28,633 nt of DNA from a virus (Duplodnaviria > Caudoviricetes): positions 1 to 28,633 of the IMG/VR virus record IMGVR_UViG_3300004685_000014. One strand, written 5' to 3'. The position numbers and the translations under genes are program-made. This document shows positions 9,396 through 19,475 of this stretch, piece after piece. Position 1 is the stretch's first letter; every line of letters starts with the position of its first letter. The notes under the pieces were generated by a model. The model made no database searches. It saw only the letters and a list, made by a program, of their open reading frames with translations, and had not been told where the DNA came from.

Positions 9396-12300
9396 GTATA
9401 ACTATTGTTGCTTGGTTATTTGTCACTGATTGTGTTGTAACAGTCTTTTGATCTGTAACTTCCTGAACACTAACAACAGCTTCACGAGCAGATAGAATTG
9501 ATGATCCTTTTGCTGTAGAAATATTTGTAGCGTAGAATGTTCCAGATGCTTGTGTTGTAATAGCATTCAAACCAGTAATTGGGTTTGGAACGTCATAGAG
9601 GTTCATAACAAGTGTTGTTGCTTTAAATGTATTTGGTGGTATGGTAAACTTAGCATAAAGTGTACCAGTTGAATCAGTTATTAAACCATGTGTTGCGTCA
9701 AAAGTTGCAGCTGCACTATATGTAGCATCAGTTTGTCTCATCCACGCATTAACATCAACATCATTCATGAACGCATAAACGCGTGTGTTTGGCTTCAATC
9801 CTGTTGCTTTGATATTAACAAAGATTGATTTTACATATGGAAGAATGCTAACATCTGTAACATATGTTCCAAGGTTATAGTTATTAGTTGCAATTGAAAC
9901 ACCCAACTGAGTACCAACTCTTTGTTGTTGTTGTTGAGTTGTTGTAACTGTTTGACTATTAGTTGTTTGAGTAATATTGCCATAACGATCAGTTATAGCA
10001 CTTGTACCTGTAACAGCTGTTGCAGAAGATGTTGTTGCAGTTGTTGTTTGCCAGTTACCCCACTGAGTACCATATGCAGCAGCAATGGCAGTGAAGTTTG
10101 ATGCAAGATCAATATTTGTTACTACATCTGGTGACTTTGTCAAATCGGGTTGCGTGTCACCTGGAGGATCAAAAGTAACTGCACCACTCCAGACAAAGAT
10201 ATTACCATCGATACAATTTCTAAACTTGCTCGCATACTGTTGCTGAATATAAACAGTATTAGCGTTGTATTTCAATAGTGTTGCACCACCAGTTTGTACA
10301 ATGTTTGTACTTAAATTGTTAGCAAATTTAAACGGTCTATGGAACTGGAAGAATTGTGGTCTAATTTCAGTCTTAGATGGGTCGATAGCAATTCTGTATG
10401 TTGGATCAAGAACATTACCAATGTCATGTCCTCTAAACGGATCAACTAAGAATCCGTTTTGGAATCTATTCTGGCCAGTTGTTGAAGATCTAACAAGAAG
10501 ATCAGTTGCTGCCTTTTCAAGTAGTGTCAATGATGTGTAGTATTGTAGATTGTCAATCTTGTTTGCAAGGACACCAATATCCTGCATTGTGTAACGCTTA
10601 TTTTGTGTTGTCGTTACAGCGATCGCATAATCATAGCGCTTTGCACTAGCTGCTTCTGGTGTTGAAAGTGATGGATATGGAGGAACATCTATAACACCAA
10701 GTGTCATAGAACCAGGAAGATCTAAGGGCACTGGTGGATTGTTACTAGGCTTTCCTTCAATGATTCTCATTGTGCCATCTGTTGCAATAACAGCTTTGTC
10801 TTTTCTTCTTAGATAATGTTGGATATCTGATTGAAAATTACTATCTGGTGAAGGTAGATATGCACCAGTTGAAAGTACACTAACTGTAAACGCATTAGAT
10901 GGGTTTTCAGTTGGTGTTGTTGTCATCCAATTTGAAGAGTTAGAAAGATATGTTGCAGTATTAGCAGCTTGTGGTCTAAAGTCAATACAATCACGAAGAT
11001 CGAATACGGATCCATCAGAACCAGTGTATTGAGGAATTTGAGCAGTTGTAATATGTGGTGTTGTGTTAGCAGCGATGTTTATTCCTGTATTACTTTCAGG
11101 GTAAACATCGTCAACAGGATATGAATTAGCTGAGAAGAAGCCAACGCCTTGGTCGGTACTTGCAACAAACACATCCATATCAACAATAATTCTAGATGTC
11201 AAAGCTAGAGGAACACCGTTAACTGTGATACTAGCTAGGTCATAATAGCCATCTCTTTGGCCATTATCAAATGTAAAGTTAGAAGAATAATCAACACCAG
11301 CGTTTGAATATGTACCACCGTTGTTAATAAAGATGTTGTTTATTTGATAAACGTCTGGGAGACCTAAGCTAAACGTACCTGATGTTCCAGCACTTGCGCA
11401 GTTGATAGAAACATATACATTTCTCTTAAGGTTCTTTTTAATAGGAACAGTAGCAGATCTTAGTGTATCAAAATATGCAAACGCATTGAATGATCCAGTA
11501 ATTTGCTCACCAAGTGTAAATGTTGCTGAGTTAGCTGTTGCAACAATTGATCTGTTAATTACGCCATTTGATTTTGTAAAATCGAGAGGAACACCAGCTG
11601 GGAATGTCTTAGCGTGTGTATTTGACGATGCACTGCTGCTCCAATATTGCACTGTTTTCAATGATGTATTGTTTGCAATAAATGCAATCTGGTGGGTTTC
11701 AGAATTAAACGTAATAAAGTCACCAACCATGTAATCTGACAAGAATGCTGTCGATGTACCAGTAACTGTTATGGAACCTTGCTGGAATGAGTTAGCAGCT
11801 ACTGTTGAAACCCATGGTGTTGCAATAGTTAGATATGTTGTATTAGCAATCGATGCAATAACATGCTTTTCACCATTTGCAATGATCCAGTTACCAACTG
11901 TAAGAGAAGTAAATGTTGTTCCTGAACCAACAACAGCTGTACTTCCTGCAACACCAGAAACAGTTCCTGATGGTGTGGTTAAACCAGTTACAGCAACTGT
12001 ACCAGTTTTTGCAGTTGTAGTTCCTGATGTAGTTGGAACAACAATGAACGTATCTTTGTTTGCGTTTGAAAGTGTACCTTCGTCAAAGAATGTTTCTGTA
12101 CCAGTTCCATGTGGTGAAGCTGGCAAGTTAATTGTCATTGATCCAGAAGATAGTGTACTGAACGATGCGTTTGCTTTGTCTCTGTATACAAACTGTTGGT
12201 TATTGAACCCATCTAACTTCAAGCCTCTTTGGCCAAATGGGAAAATCATGTTGTTTAGTTGAGCGTTTTGGAATGTAGTACTATATCCAGATGGTCCAAG

Positions 12301-13743
12301 AGTTTGAATAACATCAGCAATACCTACAGTGCTTCCACTGCTACGATAGATTATACTCAAAACGTTGCTAAAGTTCTGGCCTGGATTCATTTGAACGTTG
12401 AAAAGATATGCGTTGTAGATCTCGTTACCAGTACCGATAGATCCACCTGAATACTTGAACCCTCTCAGAAACGCTGTACCAATTCTAGTAGATGATGAGT
12501 AAGATGTTGAGAGCAATGACCCATTCAACACAGCATTTTTAGGAGAGTTATGTAGTTCAACTTGGTAAACATTTGAAACGTCAAATTCACCAGCATACTG
12601 ATCAACGTTAATATAATAACCAAAATTGGTACTTACAACTTGACCTGATATTGCTTCATAATCAGTACTTTTTCTTAATGCAATTTTGTTATTGTTGATA
12701 TACTCAACTCTATATCCCTTAACATAACCCAAACCACGTGATGAAACAAGATTTACGTATGTTGCATGGTCAGGATCATCATAAGCTTTTTGTTCTGTTG
12801 AAAGGACAAAAGGATAAACAACATAATCACCATTAGTTTCATATGATCTTCTTGCCATATCAGCACCAAGTGCTGCATATTGTGGATCATTTTTTATTGA
12901 AACTGGGTAACCACTTTTAAAATCGCAAAGCGAGAAGAACGCTTCTGTGTTTGAAATAGATGATGTGGTTTTTGTAACTAGTGTTGGGACCAACTGTAAT
13001 CTATGAGCACCTGGTGCTGCATAGTTAGGTGAACCAGCTGCGTTGTCATAAAGTGACGAATCAGCTTCTGGAGTAATAATGTTTTCTAGTGTATTGAAAC
13101 CAACAGAAATATTATTTGGTTGATTGTCATACTTTGAAACAATTAGTGTTTGTGGTGTAACACTAATGAAGAATCCCTTTTGGAAAATTGTTCCACTTGT
13201 TGTGGTGAAAGCATACCCAAATCCAGTAGAGTTTGTAACAGTCGCAACAACAACATTTCCAATGACAACATTTGCTGATGTAGCAATAGTTAGTGTTTCA
13301 TTGTTTGCAAACACGGATTGTGATGAACCGTTGGAAAACGAACCTGTGTTTAAATATTTAACGTATATTGTATTAAGGTCTGGATCCTGTGATTGATAAC
13401 CAACTTGTGTGTTAATAATTAGAGCTTTCAAACCATTTGAGTTTGTAACATAGTTATTAACAAAATCAGTAATAGTAAATGCTGTGCCGTTAGCATAGTT
13501 ATCATTGATTTTTACATAGTTGTATTTTTGGTCAAAGGTAAAAGAACATCCTTCGATAACAGAACCTTCTTTGAATACATGGCGGCCAAACTTGTCGATT
13601 TGATCTTGCAAAATAGTTTGCATTTGATTAAGTTCGCGAGTCTGAACGGCAACTGATGGTCTGTAAAGAACTCTATAAAAATTCTTTGTTGAATCATAGT
13701 CGTCAAAATAAGGACTGCGCGAAAGATCTGTTTGTAAAGCCAT
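9256..13743 (-). CDS. Large virion structural protein, DUF4815/VrlC-like, N-terminal part (1495 aa)
   Basis: Hallmark start TDL..SPYFDDYD..KNFYRVL.RP..AVQ.RELNQ.QTILQ.QI. Also contains N.AAPGAHRL, A.R.YE..GDY, FDNGQRD.YYD, DLRDCIDFRP, RYTM.DIG.L..I..L.YYTSL.LLE, NRF.NGF.VD.F and ATGLKPNTR.Y.F. Confidence 0.85.
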   Translation of the reverse strand: MALQTDLSRSPYFDDYDSTKNFYRVLYRPSVAVQTRELNQMQTILQDQIDKFGRHVFKEGSVIEGCSFTFDQKYNYVKINDNYANGTAFTITDFVNNYVTNSNGLKALIINTQVGYQSQDPDLNTIYVKYLNTGSFSNGSSQSVFANNETLTIATSANVVIGNVVVATVTNSTGFGYAFTTTSGTIFQKGFFISVTPQTLIVSKYDNQPNNISVGFNTLENIITPEADSSLYDNAAGSPNYAAPGAHRLQLVPTLVTKTTSSISNTEAFFSLCDFKSGYPVSIKNDPQYAALGADMARRSYETNGDYVVYPFVLSTEQKAYDDPDHATYVNLVSSRGLGYVKGYRVEYINNNKIALRKSTDYEAISGQVVSTNFGYYINVDQYAGEFDVSNVYQVELHNSPKNAVLNGSLLSTSYSSSTRIGTAFLRGFKYSGGSIGTGNEIYNAYLFNVQMNPGQNFSNVLSIIYRSSGSTVGIADVIQTLGPSGYSTTFQNAQLNNMIFPFGQRGLKLDGFNNQQFVYRDKANASFSTLSSGSMTINLPASPHGTGTETFFDEGTLSNANKDTFIVVPTTSGTTTAKTGTVAVTGLTTPSGTVSGVAGSTAVVGSGTTFTSLTVGNWIIANGEKHVIASIANTTYLTIATPWVSTVAANSFQQGSITVTGTSTAFLSDYMVGDFITFNSETHQIAFIANNTSLKTVQYWSSSASSNTHAKTFPAGVPLDFTKSNGVINRSIVATANSATFTLGEQITGSFNAFAYFDTLRSATVPIKKNLKRNVYVSINCASAGTSGTFSLGLPDVYQINNIFINNGGTYSNAGVDYSSNFTFDNGQRDGYYDLASITVNGVPLALTSRIIVDMDVFVASTDQGVGFFSANSYPVDDVYPESNTGINIAANTTPHITTAQIPQYTGSDGSVFDLRDCIDFRPQAANTATYLSNSSNWMTTTPTENPSNAFTVSVLSTGAYLPSPDSNFQSDIQHYLRRKDKAVIATDGTMRIIEGKPSNNPPVPLDLPGSMTLGVIDVPPYPSLSTPEAASAKRYDYAIAVTTTQNKRYTMQDIGVLANKIDNLQYYTSLTLLEKAATDLLVRSSTTGQNRFQNGFLVDPFRGHDIGNVLDPTYRIAIDPSKTEIRPQFFQFHRPFKFANNLSTNIVQTGGATLLKYNANTVYIQQQYASKFRNCIDGNIFVWSGAVTFDPPGDTQPDLTKSPDVVTNIDLASNFTAIAAAYGTQWGNWQTTTATTSSATAVTGTSAITDRYGNITQTTNSQTVTTTQQQQQRVGTQLGVSIATNNYNLGTYVTDVSILPYVKSIFVNIKATGLKPNTRVYAFMNDVDVNAWMRQTDATYSAAATFDATHGLITDSTGTLYAKFTIPPNTFKATTLVMNLYDVPNPITGLNAITTQASGTFYATNISTAKGSSILSAREAVVSVQEVTDQKTVTTQSVTNNQATIVIPGPPPPPVYPPYYGDGGGNFGGDGGGGGGGGCGSGPGGSDCGPGSG

Positions 13744-13751
13744 ATTTTCCT

Positions 13752-16700
13752 CTAAAACTTAATAATCAAACTTACTTGTTCTTTTGTTGTGTTGGCTCTT
13801 GTTAAAGGCGCAATGTTTTCCAAGTATATTACTGATCCACTGTTTCTAACTAATTCAGGATATGTTATTGTTCCAGCCAATGCATTTCTACCAACAGCGC
13901 CACTTGTGTTACCTGTAATAACATACTGTCCTGTTTGGAAGTTAGCAACGGGACTTACGTCATTCAACAACAGAACACTATAAACATTAACAACATCAGC
14001 ACCAATATTAAGGTTATTTATTACTCGTTGAGTACCAACAGCTTGGAATGTTCCTTTTGCTGAAGTTAACTTTAAATATGAACTGTTTGCGTATGTAACA
14101 ATACCATTACCTGATGATGTATTTGTTGTTACAATATCACCAACATTGAATAATCCATTTGCATTTGTAAATAATATATCAAAATCAGTGTTTGTTGACA
14201 TAACTGTTGCAGAAGCATTAACAACACTCTGAACTATTCTTTCACCTACAATATACGAGCCAGTATTAGAAGTCAATGTTAATCTACTTAGCTGTGAGAA
14301 ATTCAAGCCAAAAGTTGAAGTAACATCGATTGTACCATTAGCTATTGATATGGACGAAACGTTAGCATAACTGTTAGTTGAGCTATCAAACAATACAGCA
14401 TTTGACTGGAAACGTCCTGTTACATCTGTTAATCTTAGCTGTGTGTTGCTAATAATCTGTGATATAGTTGCAGATATAACACCAGATGTAACAACATTGT
14501 TTACTTTTTCACTTACTACTTCAACCGATGAAGGAGATGAGAAATACGAAATGTTAGCAGCTGTAACATTTGCGCTTGTTAGTGATGTGAACCCATATAC
14601 GTTTGAGCCAGTTCCAAAAGTTCCTACAACGTTTTTAAGTTCAACAAAAGTGTTGTTAGCATATACTACACGACCAACAGCATTTGAGGATGATTGTATC
14701 ACATACTCATTAACAGTGAAGTTAGTTGAAGCTGTACCAATTGATAGTTTTACTCTATCAAAATTGTTCAATCCAACAACAACGTTTTGGAACTGTGGAT
14801 TTTCAATAATACCAATTTTACGATATTTTCCAAATATAGGGAATCTAAAGCTTTCATTGATACCTGTGTCTATAGTAACATTTACACCAACGTATCTTGC
14901 ACCAAGTTCTCTTAGTGGATCAGCACCGTGACCTGATAGCGGTGCTATTCTTGCTGCCGCGACAGCAGATGGAGCTCCGTTTGAATAATATCCAAAGAAC
15001 GAGTTTGAAACGATACTAACATTAGCATAGGTGTAATTAACACCTGGGTTAAGAACAACAATGTTTGTAATGTTATTTGCAGAACCAAATGTTGTATTGA
15101 CAACAGAATAAGCTATAGCACCTGAACCATCACCTGTGATATTGACAGTAGGAGAAATAATGTATTCTGTTAATTCGTTAGGTGAGTTGTAGGATGAAAT
15201 AACAGTTGCATTTCCAACTGCAGTCAAATCTGGCTGCGTTCTAAAATATACTTGCTGGCCGGACACAAACGATCCAGCTGGTGATTGGACAGTTATTGTT
15301 GGGAAGCTTACGACCGATTGGATATGTGCTTTCTGAAGGCTTGAAGCACCACGGATGTAGTTATTTGCCCCAGATAAAAATGTACCAGTAACATTACTGA
15401 TAATAACTGTTGAAGAATTAGAGAATGATACCGTACCGTTTGCACCTTGTGCAACGTTATCAGAACCAACCATGTCAATACGTTCACCACTTATATACAA
15501 CTGTGCAAGTATGCTTGGGTTTTCATAAGCAATTGTTACGCTGTTCAAGTTGGTATTTGAAATAATACCATTTGATACTAGTGGTGTTGATGAAGTAACA
15601 AGTGCAGCATAAGGTTGAGAGTAAACATTTGCAGCACCAACGTTTGCAGTATTAGGATATGGTTGATCTACTGTTATAACACTACTATTAACAGCAACAA
15701 CTCTTCTAATATTAACATTGGTTGATTCACCAACACGAACAAAGTCACTTATAGCAAAATCGCTTGTGAAATTGGTAGATCCATTAGCAACAATATATGT
15801 TCCTAAAAACGTATTTGCTGTAGCTTGCTGACCTGTAAATGAATGGCCTGGTTGTGAAGATGATGCAGCTCCAGTTATATTGATTGGTGTACCACTAGAA
15901 TTTGCAGCTAACTGAATTGTTGTTGAAGTTGTGTTTGTGACATAGTAAACAGTGTTGTTTGTCAAACCACCAATTGCTGTGTTACCAGTACCAACAAGAT
16001 AAGTTACTTGGTCGCCATTGGAAAAGTATGCAGCATTTGAACCAAGAGTTATATAATCACTTGAAACGTTGACACTAGTTGTATTACCACTAAAAGAAAT
16101 TGGTGATGGTGCAGCAATCGTTATTGTTGGGTTTAATGTAAAATTAGCACCATTGGCTGTTATTGTTAAACCAGTTACTCTTCCACTTGAATTACTTGAT
16201 GCAGTAGCAGTTGCACCCGAACCCGTTGTGTCACCTATAGAGTTAGCAATGGTAACGGATGGTGCAGAGGAATAACCAGAACCAGCAAACGTAATGACAC
16301 TGCCTTGTACAGCATTTGTAAACAGATTAACTTTACCAGACTTTGCAACTGCTGATTGTGTTGTGTTATAAATTGGATAACCAATAACAAAATCGTTTGA
16401 ACTTGTTTTGTTTGTTTTGAATACAGTATTGTTTGAAGTTAAGATCGTAGCTGTCGCTTGTGTTTCTGATTGGATAATTGTATCACCAACGTTGAAGAAA
16501 CCCTTTGAATATAAAAATGAAACGCTATCAATTCGTTGTGTTAGTAACAAACCGTTTTGAACAGAACCCTGAACATTACCTACATTGAATACAGTATATG
16601 TGTCAAAAGGAGATGAAACGGTTACAAGACGTCCTAAACCATCGTAGTTTATTATTTGTCTTAACTGACCAGAACCAAAACCTGTTTTTAGATATATTGA

Positions 16701-17399
16701 TGAGTTAACATAGCGGCCGTTTGTAGGTGATGCTGTATTAGCAATTCTAACAATCAACGGTGACTGTACGCTTTGTAAAAATCCACTATCATATGCTTGA
16801 TAGTTGTTACCACCAGCCACAACACTAATAAAATCAATAGAACCGCCAGTTGCATTGTTTACAACATCTGTATTTGGTGTAACAGGAATATAGTCGCTTG
16901 TTGTAAACACAGAATTAGCTGTGCTATCAACTGTAAACATATACTTCCAAACATATCCATCAGATGTAGAAAATACACCAGAGGTTGTTGTTAGAGAAGG
17001 TTTAACTACTGACGGTGCACCATAGTTATTGTCGATACATTTATAAACTTCATATGCATCGGTAACAACGTAAAATTGTTTGTCGTATAATGATGGATCG
17101 TTCTGGTCGTAGCTAGAGTATACGATGTTGTTTGACCAATTGTATCTTGGTATCATAGACGACACATGGCCACTAGTAATTAGCTTGCCAAACACTAGAT
17201 CTTTATATATTTGCTGTTGATATGCTGCAACTGAACCGTTTGATACTGGAACAGCTGTATCGTCTGGTACGTTTGTCGTTGTGTTGACCCACGAATCGGG
17301 CTTTCCGTAGAAAACGTAATAAGAATTTTGCGAATTAGCAACGTTGTTAATAAAAGACTGTGCTGTGTCAATATATTGATTTATTGTTAAAACTGCCAT
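13752..17399 (-). CDS. gp8: Baseplate wedge subunit, gp8-like, with large multi-domain insertion (1215 aa)
   Basis: YVFYGKPDSW, IPRYNW....Y..YD, FYV.T..Y.VYKCIDN..GA.S...P and DGYVWKYMF at the N-terminus. GHGADP.RELGA, YRKIGII.NP and terminal SG.VIYLEN..P..R....EQV..IIKF at the C-terminus. Lies after gp6 and gp7. Confidence 0.85.
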   Translation of the reverse strand: MAVLTINQYIDTAQSFINNVANSQNSYYVFYGKPDSWVNTTTNVPDDTAVPVSNGSVAAYQQQIYKDLVFGKLITSGHVSSMIPRYNWSNNIVYSSYDQNDPSLYDKQFYVVTDAYEVYKCIDNNYGAPSVVKPSLTTTSGVFSTSDGYVWKYMFTVDSTANSVFTTSDYIPVTPNTDVVNNATGGSIDFISVVAGGNNYQAYDSGFLQSVQSPLIVRIANTASPTNGRYVNSSIYLKTGFGSGQLRQIINYDGLGRLVTVSSPFDTYTVFNVGNVQGSVQNGLLLTQRIDSVSFLYSKGFFNVGDTIIQSETQATATILTSNNTVFKTNKTSSNDFVIGYPIYNTTQSAVAKSGKVNLFTNAVQGSVITFAGSGYSSAPSVTIANSIGDTTGSGATATASSNSSGRVTGLTITANGANFTLNPTITIAAPSPISFSGNTTSVNVSSDYITLGSNAAYFSNGDQVTYLVGTGNTAIGGLTNNTVYYVTNTTSTTIQLAANSSGTPINITGAASSSQPGHSFTGQQATANTFLGTYIVANGSTNFTSDFAISDFVRVGESTNVNIRRVVAVNSSVITVDQPYPNTANVGAANVYSQPYAALVTSSTPLVSNGIISNTNLNSVTIAYENPSILAQLYISGERIDMVGSDNVAQGANGTVSFSNSSTVIISNVTGTFLSGANNYIRGASSLQKAHIQSVVSFPTITVQSPAGSFVSGQQVYFRTQPDLTAVGNATVISSYNSPNELTEYIISPTVNITGDGSGAIAYSVVNTTFGSANNITNIVVLNPGVNYTYANVSIVSNSFFGYYSNGAPSAVAAARIAPLSGHGADPLRELGARYVGVNVTIDTGINESFRFPIFGKYRKIGIIENPQFQNVVVGLNNFDRVKLSIGTASTNFTVNEYVIQSSSNAVGRVVYANNTFVELKNVVGTFGTGSNVYGFTSLTSANVTAANISYFSSPSSVEVVSEKVNNVVTSGVISATISQIISNTQLRLTDVTGRFQSNAVLFDSSTNSYANVSSISIANGTIDVTSTFGLNFSQLSRLTLTSNTGSYIVGERIVQSVVNASATVMSTNTDFDILFTNANGLFNVGDIVTTNTSSGNGIVTYANSSYLKLTSAKGTFQAVGTQRVINNLNIGADVVNVYSVLLLNDVSPVANFQTGQYVITGNTSGAVGRNALAGTITYPELVRNSGSVIYLENIAPLTRANTTKEQVSLIIKF

Positions 17400-17423
17400 T
17401 GCCTAACCCAGGTTAATTTATTA

Positions 17424-17431
17424 TATTTATG
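17424..17431 (-). promoter_or_regulatory. Putative late promoter CATAAATA
   Basis: One mismatch to TATAAATA, overlapping the gp7-like TAA stop, about 25 bp upstream of the gp8 ATG. Confidence 0.6.
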
Positions 17432-19475
17432 ATTGGATAATACCGTTATTTGCAACTGGTACAACTACGTTATCGCCGCTAACTAGTTCACTCTTGATAC
17501 TATATCTTCCAAACAGCGCAATACCACTGATGTGGATCAAATCGTTTACAAACTTTTCGTAAGTGTCTTTCATTCTTGTTGCTAAAATTTCATAAGAAAA
17601 TGTTTGATAGTAATTGCTATCTTGTATTGCCATCAAATCTGATAAAAAGCTTTTGTTATTTAGCCACGTACCAGAGCTCTGACCGTTCAAATCAACGACA
17701 GAAACACCAACGACAGATGTAGCGTTGTTTGGTGATGATAAGAAAACTGTTTCGTCTGGTATGTAACCAAAACCAGAATCACTTATTTGCACAGCAGTAA
17801 CAACACCATTAGCGGTACCAGCATTTGCAGTAACAACAGCGTCATAACCATAGAATCCTGTTCCTGATGGATCTGGTATTCTAAGATCGTAAATGTCAGG
17901 CTCAATAATTGATACTGTTGGATTAGCTGAATATCCAATACCTGGATTAACATTTGTAAGATAAGCTATCGTTCCAACTTCTTTGATAACAATTGTTAAC
18001 ATATTCTTTGTTTGTGTGTCGAGATTTGAAAGATAGTTACCAGCTACAGCATATGGAAACAACCAATCTGTATTTCTTACGACACTTGTTACGTTTGCAG
18101 TATGCGTACTTGAACCACCTGTCACTCTCAAACCTGGAATATAATATCCAGTGATGTTATTAACAACTATTTGTGATGTGTTTGATGTAACAACAGTTCC
18201 TGTTGGTGAGTTTGTAGCTTTTCCGGAAATGCTATTTAACAATATAACTGTAGAGGATACGTTACTAATTAATTTGACACCAGAAACAAGGTTAGCACTC
18301 ATTAGACTTGTATCATTACCGTAAACAGATATTGAAGTTCCGTCTACTCTATAGCCAATTAGTCCAGTTATTCCCAAAGAAGAATTTGAGTATGATTCAC
18401 CATTAGCAGAAGCACCAGTTACATACGTAACATCAAAAACGCGTGTGTTAGATGATGGTTGTGTAAGAGTTTCACCATTGGTAAATGTTCCTGTCTCACC
18501 TGTAACATTGAGCGTTACACCAGCAGCACTACTTTCCATTTGTGTGTTGTAGTAGTTACCTAACTTATCTCTGTTAATTTGATATATTTGTTTGTTAACA
18601 ATCTGACCAACAGCAAAGTTAGCGCCTGCGCCATAGCCACCTGTTACAGTAACAACAGCATTTACGGAAAACCCATAACCACCATTAATAAGATTGAACG
18701 CAACCTTACCGTTTTGATTTGTGGTAGCAACAACTCTTGCTTTACCACCAACACCACCAGCACCAGTTACATTTAAAACATCACCAATGTTAAAATTACT
18801 ACCACCATTAACAATACTAACCGAAGAAAGTGAACCAAATACAATTGGTGCGTTGTCAGTTGTTATTTGAGGAATATCTGTACAAAGTATTTTTTCACCA
18901 AACTTAAAAGAACCTTGGATGTTTGACAGTACTAAAACATTGATAGTTTTATTATTAACAATCTTAACGTAATAATCTTCAACAACCGCCTGAGATTCTT
19001 TTTTAGAGTATATTACTTTTCCAATAAGTTCAGGAAGTAGTGGGTTATCTGAAACTTCTATGTATTTTTTAATAAACCATGTAGCATCGGATAGTTTAAA
19101 CAGATAATCACCAGGGATAAAAATATCAATATCTTCATTAAACAGCAATCTAAACAAAAGCTCATAAGCACGCTTTGTACCTTTTGTTCTATAAAGTTCT
19201 AAAATGTGTTTAATCAAAAGTTGCTTATCTGCAACAATAGATTCTGGTAAAGAGTTAATGTATTTGTTTTTAAAATATTTTATAAATTGAGTTTGAGTAT
19301 GATCTAAATCTTTTATGTCATACAATGATCTTGTTTGGCCAATTGTTTGATCAGCTTGTTCTGCCCACTCATAATATGCCTTCATGAACGCAATAAAGTT
19401 TGGTCCTTCATCTCTATAAAAAGAAGGAAACTGCGACTCAACAAACGGCGATATAATTTTTTCTATGTTATTCAT
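17427..19475 (-). CDS. gp7: Baseplate wedge initiator, gp7-like (682 aa)
   Basis: IS..VESQFP.F.R.E.P.F..F.KAYYEW, L.K.I.E.YR.KGT..AY.LLFR.LF.E and C-terminal IQDS.YYQ.FSY.I......Y...V..L.H..G...FG motifs. Lies between gp6 and gp8. Confidence 0.75.
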   Translation of the reverse strand: MNNIEKIISPFVESQFPSFYRDEGPNFIAFMKAYYEWAEQADQTIGQTRSLYDIKDLDHTQTQFIKYFKNKYINSLPESIVADKQLLIKHILELYRTKGTKRAYELLFRLLFNEDIDIFIPGDYLFKLSDATWFIKKYIEVSDNPLLPELIGKVIYSKKESQAVVEDYYVKIVNNKTINVLVLSNIQGSFKFGEKILCTDIPQITTDNAPIVFGSLSSVSIVNGGSNFNIGDVLNVTGAGGVGGKARVVATTNQNGKVAFNLINGGYGFSVNAVVTVTGGYGAGANFAVGQIVNKQIYQINRDKLGNYYNTQMESSAAGVTLNVTGETGTFTNGETLTQPSSNTRVFDVTYVTGASANGESYSNSSLGITGLIGYRVDGTSISVYGNDTSLMSANLVSGVKLISNVSSTVILLNSISGKATNSPTGTVVTSNTSQIVVNNITGYYIPGLRVTGGSSTHTANVTSVVRNTDWLFPYAVAGNYLSNLDTQTKNMLTIVIKEVGTIAYLTNVNPGIGYSANPTVSIIEPDIYDLRIPDPSGTGFYGYDAVVTANAGTANGVVTAVQISDSGFGYIPDETVFLSSPNNATSVVGVSVVDLNGQSSGTWLNNKSFLSDLMAIQDSNYYQTFSYEILATRMKDTYEKFVNDLIHISGIALFGRYSIKSELVSGDNVVVPVANNGIIQS

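Noticed and set aside
2820-13743. Assignment of gp9/gp10/gp11/gp12/wac names to the genes after gp8
   Set aside because: Position alone suggests it, but I could not recognise specific motifs of those T4 proteins, so they are left unnamed.
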